This document shows positions 1 to 10,846 of a DNA stretch of 64,000 bases, one piece after another (within the stretch, counting starts at the first letter, position 1; every line of letters begins with the position of its first letter). Made by a program: the position numbers and the translations under genes. The stretch is taken from the sequence record MT708547.1. The stretch is one strand, 5' to 3'. The notes below the pieces were generated by a model. That model saw only the letters and a list, made by a program, of their open reading frames with translations. It had not been told where the DNA came from and made no database searches.

Positions 1-255
1 GATGATCTAACCGTTGATGAGGAAACCCCAACTTTTGATATGGAATCTGATGCTTCCTTTGATGATATTGAAGAACCTGTACCGGAAGATCGTGCAATGA
101 AAGAATCTGTACAATATACCCAAGTTGGTATCAAAATGGAAAGTACTAAAGGTACTATTGGTACAAAATATTTCAGTACTCATAAAGAAGCTGAAAAATG
201 GCTCAAAGAAAATGAATCTAAAGTCAAAAAAGTACTTGGGTTCGAGAAAAAATAA
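1..255 (+). CDS. Hypothetical protein, 5'-truncated by window edge
   Basis: Frame is open from base 1 to TAA at 253-255; acidic sequence. Confidence 0.6.
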   Translation, partial: DDLTVDEETPTFDMESDASFDDIEEPVPEDRAMKESVQYTQVGIKMESTKGTIGTKYFSTHKEAEKWLKENESKVKKVLGFEKK

Positions 256-263
256 GGTTAATT

Positions 264-614
264 ATGAAATTTCGTGATATTGTAAAAATCACAGAAGATG
301 CACCACCAAAAGATATTCGCAATATGATCACCAGTATTGCATTATCACTAGTTGCATCTGGTAGGGAAGAGGTTGGTATTCAGTCATTGGTTAATGAAAT
401 TAAGAAAAGGACTGGTATTGATGTTCCTTATAATGTGATGATGGATATTTTAAATTCGTTGCCATTTGTTCAGGATGCAAATTCTGATAGAGTACAATTT
501 TCAGGAACTGATACCAGTACTGACTTTAAGCAACCTAATTCAGAAGAAAGTTCTGAACAAAAAGTACAAGATATGGCTGGTAAAGCAGCCACCGACAGTA
601 TGAAATCACTATAA
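264..614 (+). CDS. Hypothetical protein
   Basis: 116-aa ORF with AAGGT RBS. Confidence 0.7.
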   Translation: MKFRDIVKITEDAPPKDIRNMITSIALSLVASGREEVGIQSLVNEIKKRTGIDVPYNVMMDILNSLPFVQDANSDRVQFSGTDTSTDFKQPNSEESSEQKVQDMAGKAATDSMKSL

Positions 615-619
615 AATTT

Positions 620-649
620 TTGAACAAAAAGACAAAAATAAGCTATAAT
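620..649 (+). promoter_or_regulatory. Sigma70-like early promoter
   Basis: TTGAAC-N18-TATAAT; the same A-rich design recurs at 6448, 24108, 51041, 53333, 54204, 54373 and 54580. Confidence 0.7.
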
Positions 650-666
650 TATGGAGTAACAAGGGA

Positions 667-1374
667 ATGTTTGTTCCACCTATTATTAGCAGATATTCTT
701 ATGTTGATTATAAAAGAATTGAAGGCGGCTCTCAGGGTCGCCTTTATTCTACCCCAACCGGAAATCTGCCATCGGTAACTACAATTCTAAGTGCCACATC
801 CAATGATGAAGGATTGAAAAAATGGCGTGAATTTGTGGGAGAAGAAAAAGCCAATGCTATCACACTGGAAGCAACGACAATTGGTACCTTTATGCATGAA
901 AATTTAGAAAATAGATTAAATTCTAAGCCAGATCATGAAGGTGGTATGCCAGTACGTGTATTAGCAAGAAAAATGGCTGATAAAATTCAAGAAGAAGCGT
1001 GGCCTAAAATTAATGAAGTATGGGGTCAGGAAGTACCACTGTACTATGAAGGTCTATGGGCTGGAACAACAGATTTGGTTGGAATTCATGACGGAATTCC
1101 AACCATCATGGATTACAAAAATTCTAGAAAAAAGAAAACATGGAATCATATTGAAAATTACCGTTTACAAATTGCCGCATATGCGTTGGCTCATAACTAT
1201 ATGTATGGAACTGATATACGACGTGGTGTAATATTTGTTTGTGTAAGAGAAGATCCTCAAAATTTACAATATCAGGAATTTATAATTGAAGGTGATGATT
1301 TTGATGAAGCCGTACAAATGTGGATTTCTAGAGTAGAGCAATATTATATAATGAATGGGCAAATTATAAATTAA
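667..1374 (+). CDS. PD-(D/E)XK exonuclease (Cas4/MGME1-like)
   Basis: LPSVTTIL, GTFMHENLE, AGTTDLVG, IMDYKNS and YRLQIAAYALA motifs. Confidence 0.85.
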   Translation: MFVPPIISRYSYVDYKRIEGGSQGRLYSTPTGNLPSVTTILSATSNDEGLKKWREFVGEEKANAITLEATTIGTFMHENLENRLNSKPDHEGGMPVRVLARKMADKIQEEAWPKINEVWGQEVPLYYEGLWAGTTDLVGIHDGIPTIMDYKNSRKKKTWNHIENYRLQIAAYALAHNYMYGTDIRRGVIFVCVREDPQNLQYQEFIIEGDDFDEAVQMWISRVEQYYIMNGQIIN

Positions 1375-1394
1375 ATTAGCAAACTGGAGTAACA

Positions 1395-1931
1395 ATGAAA
1401 GACAACGTATACATTTATATTATTAAAGTACTGGAAGGTAAAGGTTACGATATCAATGAAGTAATCAAGAAAAGCGATAAAGAAATCAAATCTCTTCCTC
1501 TATCTCGTCAGATTATTGAGGGTATTATTTCTTATAAAGAAAAGGGTTCCCCAAAACTAGAAGAAATCGAAAAGGAAATCTTTGATAAGAGATATAACCC
1601 AGACGTGGAAGTAAAAACTTCAGATATTATCGAATATGTAAAAAACACCGATGAACAAAATGAAGTCCTGGATAATATTAAACAAGAACAACTTGAAGAA
1701 ATTCCTGATGATGTAATTGTAATTAAACATACTGCTCCGAACAAAGAAGATTTGGATATCATCAAAGATGCCCTTCAACAAAAAGAACTCCGTACAATTG
1801 CAAAATATGTTAAACACCTGAAAGACACCGTTCCTTCTGCTATTATGTCTGCTGTTGATAGTGTGACTATTAATGACCTAATTAATGCACGAATTGCAGA
1901 AGTAAAATCAGCAGAAGAAAAAACTAAATAA
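1395..1931 (+). CDS. Hypothetical protein
   Basis: 178-aa ORF with GGAG RBS. Confidence 0.7.
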   Translation: MKDNVYIYIIKVLEGKGYDINEVIKKSDKEIKSLPLSRQIIEGIISYKEKGSPKLEEIEKEIFDKRYNPDVEVKTSDIIEYVKNTDEQNEVLDNIKQEQLEEIPDDVIVIKHTAPNKEDLDIIKDALQQKELRTIAKYVKHLKDTVPSAIMSAVDSVTINDLINARIAEVKSAEEKTK

Positions 1932-1962
1932 TCCTATAACGAACTTTGATTAAGGGTTTAAT

Positions 1963-2538
1963 ATGGCTCAACAACAAATCGCTTTACAACAAATCAGAAC
2001 AGGTAAACAGCGTGATTTACCGGATGCGTTGGAAAAAGGACAACTAGGATTCAGTACTGACGTAGGTCGTATGTTCGTTGGTTTACCATCCTCATCTGAT
2101 CCTGCAAGTTTAGTAGCAGGTCGTAATTGGGACAATGCACCAAATAGTGGGAAAGAAAATGTAGAAATTATTACGGAGTTTACACCATGGCAGGTTGTTT
2201 CTAATATTGTAAACCGACCGTATGTATTCTCTGTACCGAAGGGTGGTAGTACGCAAATTTCAATTCAAAGTGATAATAGAGTGTTTCTTGATTATATGGC
2301 ATATAACGATACTTCCAGTATTCTGGAAAGTGGTAATGTACAAATGTTGTGTAATGATTCAAAAACACTACTGGCACAATTTAATAATACAACTCAAGAA
2401 GAGGGTATCATTTCATTGACTTTCTCGGATGCAACATTCGATGAAAGTACTAAATTGATGGTATTCACTATCACTAATAATGACACGGAAAGTGATTATA
2501 GTATAGAATTCGTATATAGAGGCTGGGATAAACCGTAA
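1963..2538 (+). CDS. Putative virion/tail-associated protein
   Basis: N-terminal QIRTGKQRDLPDALEKGQLGFSTDVGRMFVG resembles the N-terminal module of phage tail-fibre/tropism proteins. Confidence 0.5.
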   Translation: MAQQQIALQQIRTGKQRDLPDALEKGQLGFSTDVGRMFVGLPSSSDPASLVAGRNWDNAPNSGKENVEIITEFTPWQVVSNIVNRPYVFSVPKGGSTQISIQSDNRVFLDYMAYNDTSSILESGNVQMLCNDSKTLLAQFNNTTQEEGIISLTFSDATFDESTKLMVFTITNNDTESDYSIEFVYRGWDKP

Positions 2539-2605
2539 AAGGCTCCCAGCCTTTTTATCCCCTAAAATAATTAAAAACAATAAAAAAAACTTAAAAGGAT
2601 GTAAA

Positions 2606-4921
2606 ATGATTAACGTTATTAAACGTGATGGATCAAAAGAACCACTCGACCTTGATAAAATTCACCAGATTTTATTTTTTGCATGTGAAGGTATTTCTGG
2701 TGTGTCTGTGTCCGAAATTGAAATTCGTGCTAAATTGCAATTTCATGAAGGAATTAAAACTTCTGTAATTCATGATATCCTAATTAAAAGTTCATCAGAG
2801 CTTATTTCTGAAGATACTCCAAATTATCAATACGTAGCTGGTCGTCTTTTGAATTATAGTATTCGTAAAGAAGTTTATGGTCAGTATGAACCAATTCCTT
2901 ACGGAGAATATGTAAATAACATGGTTCAAAAAGGTATATACGATCCTATCATTCTGGAAAAATATAATTCAGCAGAAATCGAAGAACTCGGGAAATGCAT
3001 TAAACACAAACGTGATGATAAATTTACTTTTGTTGCAATGAGTCAATGGCAAGGTAAGTATCTGTGTAAAAACCGTGTAACTAAAGAAATTTATGAAACA
3101 CCACAAATGGCTTATATGACTATCGCTGCTACGATTTTCTCTGAATACAGTACTGAAATTCGTTTGTCATATGTTAAGAAGTTCTATGATGCTATTAGTA
3201 CTTTTGATATTAGTTTACCAACTCCGATTATGTCCGGTCTTCGCACTAATACACGTCAGTTCTCAAGTTGTGTAGTACTGAATGTTGGCGATAGTCTTGA
3301 TAGTATTGGTTCCAGTAATCATGCAATCCTGCGTTATATTTCACGTAAAGCAGGGCTTGGTGTTAATATGGGACGTATTCGTGCAATTGATTCTGCAATT
3401 CGTGATGGTGATGCAGTACATACTGGTGTAGTACCATTCTTATCCGCATTAGCAAAAACAGTTAAAAGCTGTTCACAGGGAGGTGTAAGAGGTGGTGCAG
3501 CAACCGTACATTTTCCAATGTGGCATTTGGAATTTGAAAATATTGTAGTACTGAAAAATAATAAAGGAACTGAATTTAACCGAGTAAGACAACTGGACTA
3601 TTGCTTCCAAATCAATAAGACATTATATCAACGATTGATTGATGGAAAAGACATTACATTCTTTAGCCCACATGATGTTCCTGATCTATATGATGCATTT
3701 TGTGCTGATCAAGAAGAATTTGAACGTCTGTATATTAAGTATGAACTCGATGAAACTATTCGTAGGAAAACTATGCCAGCGATTGAAGCATTTAGTCATC
3801 TAATACAAGAGCGTGCAGAAACTGGTCGCATTTATATTCAGAATATTGATAATGCCAATGAGCATGGTTCATTTATTCCAGAAATTGCACCAATTGAGCA
3901 AAGTAATTTGTGTCAGGAAATTGATTTACCATCTGTTCCATTTGAAGATATTAATAATGGTGAAGGTCTTATTAGCCTATGTACTTTGAGTGCTATTAAC
4001 TGGGGTAATTTTGACAAACCCGAAGATATGGAAGAAGCGTGTGATTTGGCTGTCCGTGCCCTGGATGCTATTCTTGATTATCAGGATTATCCAGTACTAC
4101 ATGCTGAACGAGCTACAAAGCTCTACAGACCACTTGGTGTTGGTATTATGAGCCTAGCCTATTTCCTGGCTAAACGTGGCTTAAAATACGATACAAACGC
4201 ATTGAGCACTATTAACGAATGGTCAGAAGCGTGGTCTTATTATTTGATTAAAGCATCCGTAAACCTTGCAAAAGAAAAAGGGCATTGTGATGGATTTAAG
4301 AATACTAAGTACTCACTGGGTTTATTCCCACATGACACTTATAAATCAGATTCATATATCAATGAAATTGCACCATATGAATTAAAACAAGATTGGGATT
4401 CCCTACGTGAAGAAATGATGGTGTATGGTATTCGTAATGCTACATTACATGCAAATATGCCAGGAGAAACATCATCACAAATCAGTAATAGTACTGCTGG
4501 TATTGAAAAGATTCGTTCTCTTGTAACAGTAAAAACTTCTAAAGATGGTGTTCTTAAACAAGTTGTACCTGAAATTTCAAAATTAAAGAACAAATATGAC
4601 CTACTATGGGAACAATCTGATAATATTGGTTATCTTCAGGTGTGCGGCGTTATGCAGAAATATATGGATCAAGGTATAAGTACTAATACGAGTTATAATC
4701 CTGAAAAGTTCCAAGATGGAAAAGTGCCAATGTCAGTACTGTTAACAGAACTTCTAATGGCTTATAAACTTAACACAAAACAACTATACTATCATAACGT
4801 GTTGGACAATGCTTCTGAAGTTGATATTGACAAATATATGGAAGAAAAAAATAAATTAACAAAAAATGATATTGTTTTGCTTGAGCTACCAGAAGATGAC
4901 TGTGAGAGTTGTAAATTGTAA
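2606..4921 (+). CDS. nrdA: Ribonucleoside-diphosphate reductase class Ia, alpha subunit
   Basis: ATP-cone VIKRDG, SLPTPIM, FSSC, GGVRGGAAT, QSNLCQEI, LKQLYY-like motif and C-terminal CESCKL. Confidence 0.98.
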   Translation: MINVIKRDGSKEPLDLDKIHQILFFACEGISGVSVSEIEIRAKLQFHEGIKTSVIHDILIKSSSELISEDTPNYQYVAGRLLNYSIRKEVYGQYEPIPYGEYVNNMVQKGIYDPIILEKYNSAEIEELGKCIKHKRDDKFTFVAMSQWQGKYLCKNRVTKEIYETPQMAYMTIAATIFSEYSTEIRLSYVKKFYDAISTFDISLPTPIMSGLRTNTRQFSSCVVLNVGDSLDSIGSSNHAILRYISRKAGLGVNMGRIRAIDSAIRDGDAVHTGVVPFLSALAKTVKSCSQGGVRGGAATVHFPMWHLEFENIVVLKNNKGTEFNRVRQLDYCFQINKTLYQRLIDGKDITFFSPHDVPDLYDAFCADQEEFERLYIKYELDETIRRKTMPAIEAFSHLIQERAETGRIYIQNIDNANEHGSFIPEIAPIEQSNLCQEIDLPSVPFEDINNGEGLISLCTLSAINWGNFDKPEDMEEACDLAVRALDAILDYQDYPVLHAERATKLYRPLGVGIMSLAYFLAKRGLKYDTNALSTINEWSEAWSYYLIKASVNLAKEKGHCDGFKNTKYSLGLFPHDTYKSDSYINEIAPYELKQDWDSLREEMMVYGIRNATLHANMPGETSSQISNSTAGIEKIRSLVTVKTSKDGVLKQVVPEISKLKNKYDLLWEQSDNIGYLQVCGVMQKYMDQGISTNTSYNPEKFQDGKVPMSVLLTELLMAYKLNTKQLYYHNVLDNASEVDIDKYMEEKNKLTKNDIVLLELPEDDCESCKL

Positions 4922-5019
4922 TATATTAATTACTAAAAATATCACAAATTAATATCAATAGTAAAAAGCTAAACACCATATAACGGTTTTTTACTTTCGA
5001 ATACAAATAATAATATAAT

Positions 5020-5045
5020 AAATCCCACAATTAAGTGGGATTTTT
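5020..5045. terminator. Intrinsic terminator-like hairpin between nrdA and nrdB
   Basis: AAATCCCAC-AATTAA-GTGGGATTTTT. Confidence 0.6.
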
Positions 5046-5072
5046 ATTCTATAAAACAAAGGAATGTAACAA

Positions 5073-6197
5073 ATGTCAGTGTTTCAAAAAAATACAAAAT
5101 CACATTTAGAAAAGAATATGTTTTTTGATGAAGCGGTAGATATCCAACGCTTTGAAACTAACAAGTATTCTACCATTGAGAAATTAACCGAACAACAAAA
5201 AGGATTTTTCTGGAGTCCCGGTGAAGTTGATGTAAATAAAGACAAAATTGATTTTACTAAATTATCTGAAGCGGAAAAGCATATTTTCACTTCCAACCTC
5301 AAACGTCAGATACTACTTGATTCAGTACAGGGTCGTGGTCCAAACACGGTACTTCTACCACTGGCTTCGTTACCGGAAGTAGAAAATTTTATTGAAACTT
5401 GGGCGTTCTTTGAAGGTGCAATTCATAGTAAATCATATACTCATATTATTCGTAACATCTACACCAATCCATCTGAAGTATTTGATACTATGCTTGATAT
5501 TCCTGAAATTCTGGATTGTGCCGTTGACGTATCTAAGTACTATGATGATTTAGAAGAATACGGTACTTGGTATCGTATGCTTGGTGTTGGCACACATACT
5601 ATCAATGGTAAAGAACTTGTTATTGACATGTATGAACTGAAAAAGAAACTGTGGTTGTGCTTAAATTCCATTAACGTATTGGAGGGTATACGATTTTATG
5701 TCTCATTCGCTGCATCCTTTGCATTTGGTGAAAATAAAATCATGGAAGGTAATGCCAAGATCATTAGACTAATTGCGAGGGATGAGTCTCTCCATTTAGC
5801 AGCAACTCAAATGATGCTTCGTTTGTTGAAAAAAGAAGATCCAGACTTTGTTAAAATTTCTGAAGAATGCTATGATGAAGTCCAGAGTATGTTCTTGGAT
5901 GCTATTAAGCAAGAAGAAGACTGGGCTGATTATCTATTTAAAGATGGTTCTATTATCGGTCTTAATGCTGAAATACTAAAACAGTATGTTCGCTGGATTG
6001 GATCTAAACGTATGGCAGCAGTTGGAATTAAGTGTCCATATGCTGTAACGAAAAATAGCCCACTCCCATGGATGGAACATTGGATTAGTAGTGCGGGTGT
6101 GCAGGTTGCACCACAAGAAACTGAAATTAGTTCCTATGTAATTGGTGGTATAAAAGCCGATATTACAGAAAACACGTTCAGTACATTTAAACTATAA
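5073..6197 (+). CDS. nrdB: Ribonucleoside-diphosphate reductase class Ia, beta subunit
   Basis: FFWSPGEV, QILLDSVQGR, IHSKSYTHI, EGIRFYVSF, RDESLH, VAPQETEISSY. Confidence 0.98.
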   Translation: MSVFQKNTKSHLEKNMFFDEAVDIQRFETNKYSTIEKLTEQQKGFFWSPGEVDVNKDKIDFTKLSEAEKHIFTSNLKRQILLDSVQGRGPNTVLLPLASLPEVENFIETWAFFEGAIHSKSYTHIIRNIYTNPSEVFDTMLDIPEILDCAVDVSKYYDDLEEYGTWYRMLGVGTHTINGKELVIDMYELKKKLWLCLNSINVLEGIRFYVSFAASFAFGENKIMEGNAKIIRLIARDESLHLAATQMMLRLLKKEDPDFVKISEECYDEVQSMFLDAIKQEEDWADYLFKDGSIIGLNAEILKQYVRWIGSKRMAAVGIKCPYAVTKNSPLPWMEHWISSAGVQVAPQETEISSYVIGGIKADITENTFSTFKL

Positions 6198-6204
6198 AAT
6201 ACAA

Positions 6205-6236
6205 AATTCAGTACTGATTAAGTACTGAATTTTTTT
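6205..6236 (+). terminator. Terminator hairpin after nrdB
   Basis: AATTCAGTACT-GATTA-AGTACTGAATT followed by a T-run. Confidence 0.65.
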
Positions 6237-6250
6237 ATAAGGTATAAATT

Positions 6251-6442
6251 ATGGATGAAATAAATCATATTACAAAAGATGTTTTTACTATTGATTACGG
6301 GGTTGAATACAAATTCGTAATGCAAGGTGGGTTTGAAATTTTAGGCACCGTTGTTGATGTGTTTGATAACGGGATTGAGCTATCAGATGGCACTCGACTG
6401 GTGCAGGAGCATATTCTTTTATTCAAAGCGATGAAACGATAA
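6251..6442 (+). CDS. Hypothetical protein
   Basis: 63-aa ORF with AAGGT RBS. Confidence 0.6.
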   Translation: MDEINHITKDVFTIDYGVEYKFVMQGGFEILGTVVDVFDNGIELSDGTRLVQEHILLFKAMKR

Positions 6443-6514
6443 AATTTTTGAACAGACACAAATTCATGTGATATAATAAACTTGATAAAACACCAACACT
6501 AAGGAAACAAACAA

Positions 6515-6757
6515 ATGAACGAACTAAACAAAGAAGCTCTAAATGAAATGGTAGAAAACAACATCGAAGCAGCACAAGAAGAAATTGGTTATGAATTGTC
6601 AGAAGAAGATCTGGCAAAATCTCGTGATATCATTGCTCAACTGACTAAGTACTACAACATCAAAGATCAGAAACAAGAACATAACAAAAAGATCAAAGCA
6701 CAACGCCGAGCTAAAAATAAAGTACAACGTAATTCTCGTCGTATTAACCGAAAATAA
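6515..6757 (+). CDS. Hypothetical protein with basic C-terminus
   Basis: 80 aa; promoter at 6448-6477; AAGGA RBS. Confidence 0.7.
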   Translation: MNELNKEALNEMVENNIEAAQEEIGYELSEEDLAKSRDIIAQLTKYYNIKDQKQEHNKKIKAQRRAKNKVQRNSRRINRK

Positions 6758-6772
6758 AAAGAGGTACCCAAG

Positions 6773-7890
<1,118 letters not shown>

Positions 7891-7895
7891 TAAAA

Positions 7896-7917
7896 AAGGA
7901 GGACTGTTGTCCTCCTT
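7896..7917. terminator. Bidirectional terminator between convergent genes
   Basis: AAGGAGGAC-TGTT-GTCCTCCTT with an A-run upstream. Confidence 0.7.
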
Positions 7918-8560
7918 ATAGTTTATTTAATTCAGTACCAATAAACTGCATTTGATCTTTGATTTTATTGACAAGTAATTCAACTTCGAATTTATTACAA
8001 GGTTTATCAACTGTAATCATTGTATATCCTACGATTTCATACCCTTTGGTGTCCAAAATAGGAATAGTGATAACAGTATCATATGTGACCCTTGTGCTTT
8101 TAACATAAGCACATGTGAAGTTTTTCGGATCATAATTTTGACTACATTCGTTGTTTGAAGTATAGATATTTTCAAAATGTACTTTGTTTAAAAGTAATTC
8201 TTGAAAAGTATTATTTTTCTTGTCAATCAAATACATATAATTACTTATCTTTCTTTCTGGATAACGGTTTTTAAATGCTATCCCCTCTTGTGATACTATT
8301 ATTTTTGTATTTTTATCTTTGTTAAATTTATATACAACTATATATTGTACTGAATCATCAAGATTTATAATTTCTTGCATATTGGTATCAATCCTGTTGA
8401 TATGATAACTATATGGAAAAGCATTCTCTTGAATATGCGGAACTATTTGATTAACCAAAAAATCAGTTATTGTATCTTTATTGTAAATCATTAAAGAGAG
8501 TATAGTAACGAAAAACGCTATAATACAAAGCTTTGATAGACCATGTTTTGTGCTGAGCAT
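7916..8560 (-). CDS. T4 gpT-like holin-family membrane protein (paralog 2)
   Basis: One N-terminal TM helix plus a GAF-like soluble domain (VYKF ... IPILD ... VGY). Confidence 0.45.
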   Translation of the reverse strand: MLSTKHGLSKLCIIAFFVTILSLMIYNKDTITDFLVNQIVPHIQENAFPYSYHINRIDTNMQEIINLDDSVQYIVVYKFNKDKNTKIIVSQEGIAFKNRYPERKISNYMYLIDKKNNTFQELLLNKVHFENIYTSNNECSQNYDPKNFTCAYVKSTRVTYDTVITIPILDTKGYEIVGYTMITVDKPCNKFEVELLVNKIKDQMQFIGTELNKL

Positions 8561-8572
8561 AAGTTTACCTCC

Positions 8573-9295
8573 TTAATATTCCAAATAATAACCAACATCA
8601 TTCGCAATATTTTGTGCTATGTTGTTGAATTGCTCAACTTCAGCTTCATCTTTAGGAACTCTTTTGAAATATACAGCAATATACCCAGTTATTGTTGCAA
8701 ATTTAACAGGAGCAGAAACAAGATAAACATTTCCATCATTAACTAATGCAGGATAGTTAATCTGAGATGTATATTCGTTTCGTGTCTCGTTACTATCTTT
8801 CAAATACTCTGTGTATATTTTTTTTATTTCAACATAATATATGTGATTATTCCATAATTTATTAGTTTCTGCAAGAAATGAACTTAGTGGCAAGTTATCT
8901 AAATGGTAGACACTAATATCGTCTTTATTTGGTGGATTAACCTTATAGGTAACTAAAATACGTCTTTCTGAAAATTGTGTATTTTCAGGAACATACTTAT
9001 AAACTAATATCATAGATATATCATTTGGATAAGCATTGATTGCTTTAGTTAGCCCTTTATCAATAGTATCTTTATTTTCTTTCTTTATAGTATACTTCGT
9101 AGAATTTCCTAGTTCTTCATGTTTATTGGGATTGTTTAATGTATTATTGATATATAATGTCCAAGAATCTGCTGTACTATATATAATAAAACCAATAACC
9201 AAGCAAAAAAACACTGTAATTATTTTAGAAGTCTTCCATTTCGTGATCATATCAAGGAGTTTATTAATATTTTCACTATCAAAATTGATATTCAT
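8573..9295 (-). CDS. T4 gpT-like holin-family membrane protein (paralog 1)
   Basis: One TM helix; VYKYVPENTQF resembles T4 T VYSFRPKNLNY; SAPV ... GYIAVYF near the C-terminus. Confidence 0.5.
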   Translation of the reverse strand: MNINFDSENINKLLDMITKWKTSKIITVFFCLVIGFIIYSTADSWTLYINNTLNNPNKHEELGNSTKYTIKKENKDTIDKGLTKAINAYPNDISMILVYKYVPENTQFSERRILVTYKVNPPNKDDISVYHLDNLPLSSFLAETNKLWNNHIYYVEIKKIYTEYLKDSNETRNEYTSQINYPALVNDGNVYLVSAPVKFATITGYIAVYFKRVPKDEAEVEQFNNIAQNIANDVGYYLEY

Positions 9296-9323
9296 ATCTC
9301 AATCCCCATGAGTAGACTATATA

Positions 9324-9333
9324 GAGTATTTAC
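9324..9333 (-). promoter_or_regulatory. Putative late promoter (RTAAATACYC)
   Basis: GTAAATACTC on the minus strand; related motifs at 14177 (ATAAATACTC) and 20943 (GTAAATACCC); resembles T4 TATAAATA. Confidence 0.5.
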
Positions 9334-9368
9334 CCCAAAACTAATTTTACCATGAGATAATTCTTAAT

Positions 9369-9725
9369 ATGATAATTTTATACTTTCTATGGATTAATAT
9401 ATTATTAGTACTGATAACTTCAGGATTTAGTACTACTGCAATTGTTGTTTATATTTTAAGTTCAGTGTTTATGATTATGAGATCATTATCTATAATTTTC
9501 AGTACTGAATTAGCAAAAAAGAATAATGATTTTTATGTCTTTTTATCGGAACTTAAAGATGATAATCCAAAATTAACTAAAAGTAACATCGTGTGTTCCA
9601 ATTTAATACATTTGATACTAATATTTGTATTTTTGCATAGTTATATTGCATTGGGCTTTGTATTATTTAATGTTATTATTAGACTTATCGAATCATATAA
9701 AATGGAGAAATTATTTAATGGCTAA
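9369..9725 (+). CDS. Hypothetical membrane protein
   Basis: Several hydrophobic segments. Confidence 0.6.
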   Translation: MIILYFLWINILLVLITSGFSTTAIVVYILSSVFMIMRSLSIIFSTELAKKNNDFYVFLSELKDDNPKLTKSNIVCSNLIHLILIFVFLHSYIALGFVLFNVIIRLIESYKMEKLFNG

Positions 9726-10242
9726 AATTATTTTATGTACAGATAAAAATTACGGTATAGGATATAAAAATACAATTCCGTGGCATAGCAGTGAAGATTT
9801 TAAACACTTCAAAGAAGAAACTTTGAATAAAACTGTTGTGATGGGATATAATACATGGAAATCCCTACCAAATAAACCACTTTCAAAAAGACTTAATATT
9901 GTGCTTGTTAATCGTGCATATGAAGATCGTGATATGTATGATCAAACCAACGTCTTATTTCTGGATGAAGATAATTTAGAAAGTATTATTCGTAATAACC
10001 CTGATTGTGTTATTATTGGCGGTGCATCAATTTATAAAATGAGTTTGCCTCATGTAGATGAAATCGTACATAGTATAATTCCCAAAGAATTTGTATGTGA
10101 TTGCTTTTTTGACTTCACTATTGATAAGCGTGTGATTATTGAACGTGAAAGTTGTAAAACACTTGATGATGGTATTATGGTGGATTATTATAAATGCAAA
10201 CCAAATCCAGATTATGATGATTACGTGGATTCATATCAATGA
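9718..10242 (+). CDS. frd: Dihydrofolate reductase
   Basis: GIGYKNTIPWHSSEDFKHFK, VVMGYNTWKSLP, RLNIVL, IIGGASIY; start reassigned to ATG 9718. Confidence 0.95.
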   Translation: MAKIILCTDKNYGIGYKNTIPWHSSEDFKHFKEETLNKTVVMGYNTWKSLPNKPLSKRLNIVLVNRAYEDRDMYDQTNVLFLDEDNLESIIRNNPDCVIIGGASIYKMSLPHVDEIVHSIIPKEFVCDCFFDFTIDKRVIIERESCKTLDDGIMVDYYKCKPNPDYDDYVDSYQ

Positions 10243-10823
10243 AGATAAAGGATATGGAAGTTCATTTATGTGAGCGTGGTGAAATTTCTTCATTCATTGA
10301 AGAACATCATTATTCTAAAAATATTAATGGTTGTATAACTGATTATTGTTTCAAATTAACATATAATAATGAAATAATTGGTGCTATGTTTTATGGAAAA
10401 ATGGCTATGGCTAACCAATACAAAAGATTTGTTGATAGAGAAGAAGATTGTATTGAGTTGCGTAGATTATGCTGTATTGATGATACACCAAAAAACACTG
10501 AAAGTTTTTTTATTGGTAAAACACTAAAATGGCTTAAAAAGAACACGCAAATAAAGGTGGTTGTTAGTTATGCAGATCAAGAATATGGTCATAGTGGTAT
10601 AATTTATAAAGCATCTAATTTTGAATATAATGGATTTAAAAAAGGTGCTAAAGTTATAATCCACAATGGCAAACAATATCATGATAAAGCTATTAGAACT
10701 AAGTATAAAGGGAAGTTAAAACCATTTGCACAAAGATTAAAAGATGCATTAGACAGTGGTGATGCTTATTATAAACAAACTGCTGGAAAACATACTTACA
10801 CTTACAAGTTAAGGAAAACTTAG
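10239..10823 (+). CDS. Mom-like (GNAT-fold) putative DNA modification protein
   Basis: EEHHYSK, IELRRLC, TESFFIG, SYADQEYGHSGIIYKASNF. Confidence 0.7.
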   Translation: MKIKDMEVHLCERGEISSFIEEHHYSKNINGCITDYCFKLTYNNEIIGAMFYGKMAMANQYKRFVDREEDCIELRRLCCIDDTPKNTESFFIGKTLKWLKKNTQIKVVVSYADQEYGHSGIIYKASNFEYNGFKKGAKVIIHNGKQYHDKAIRTKYKGKLKPFAQRLKDALDSGDAYYKQTAGKHTYTYKLRKT

Positions 10824-10846
10824 TATCATATACTCAAGGAAGAATA

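Noticed and set aside
2606-6197. Intron or intein in nrdA or nrdB
   Set aside because: Both ORFs are uninterrupted and of normal length (771 and 374 aa).
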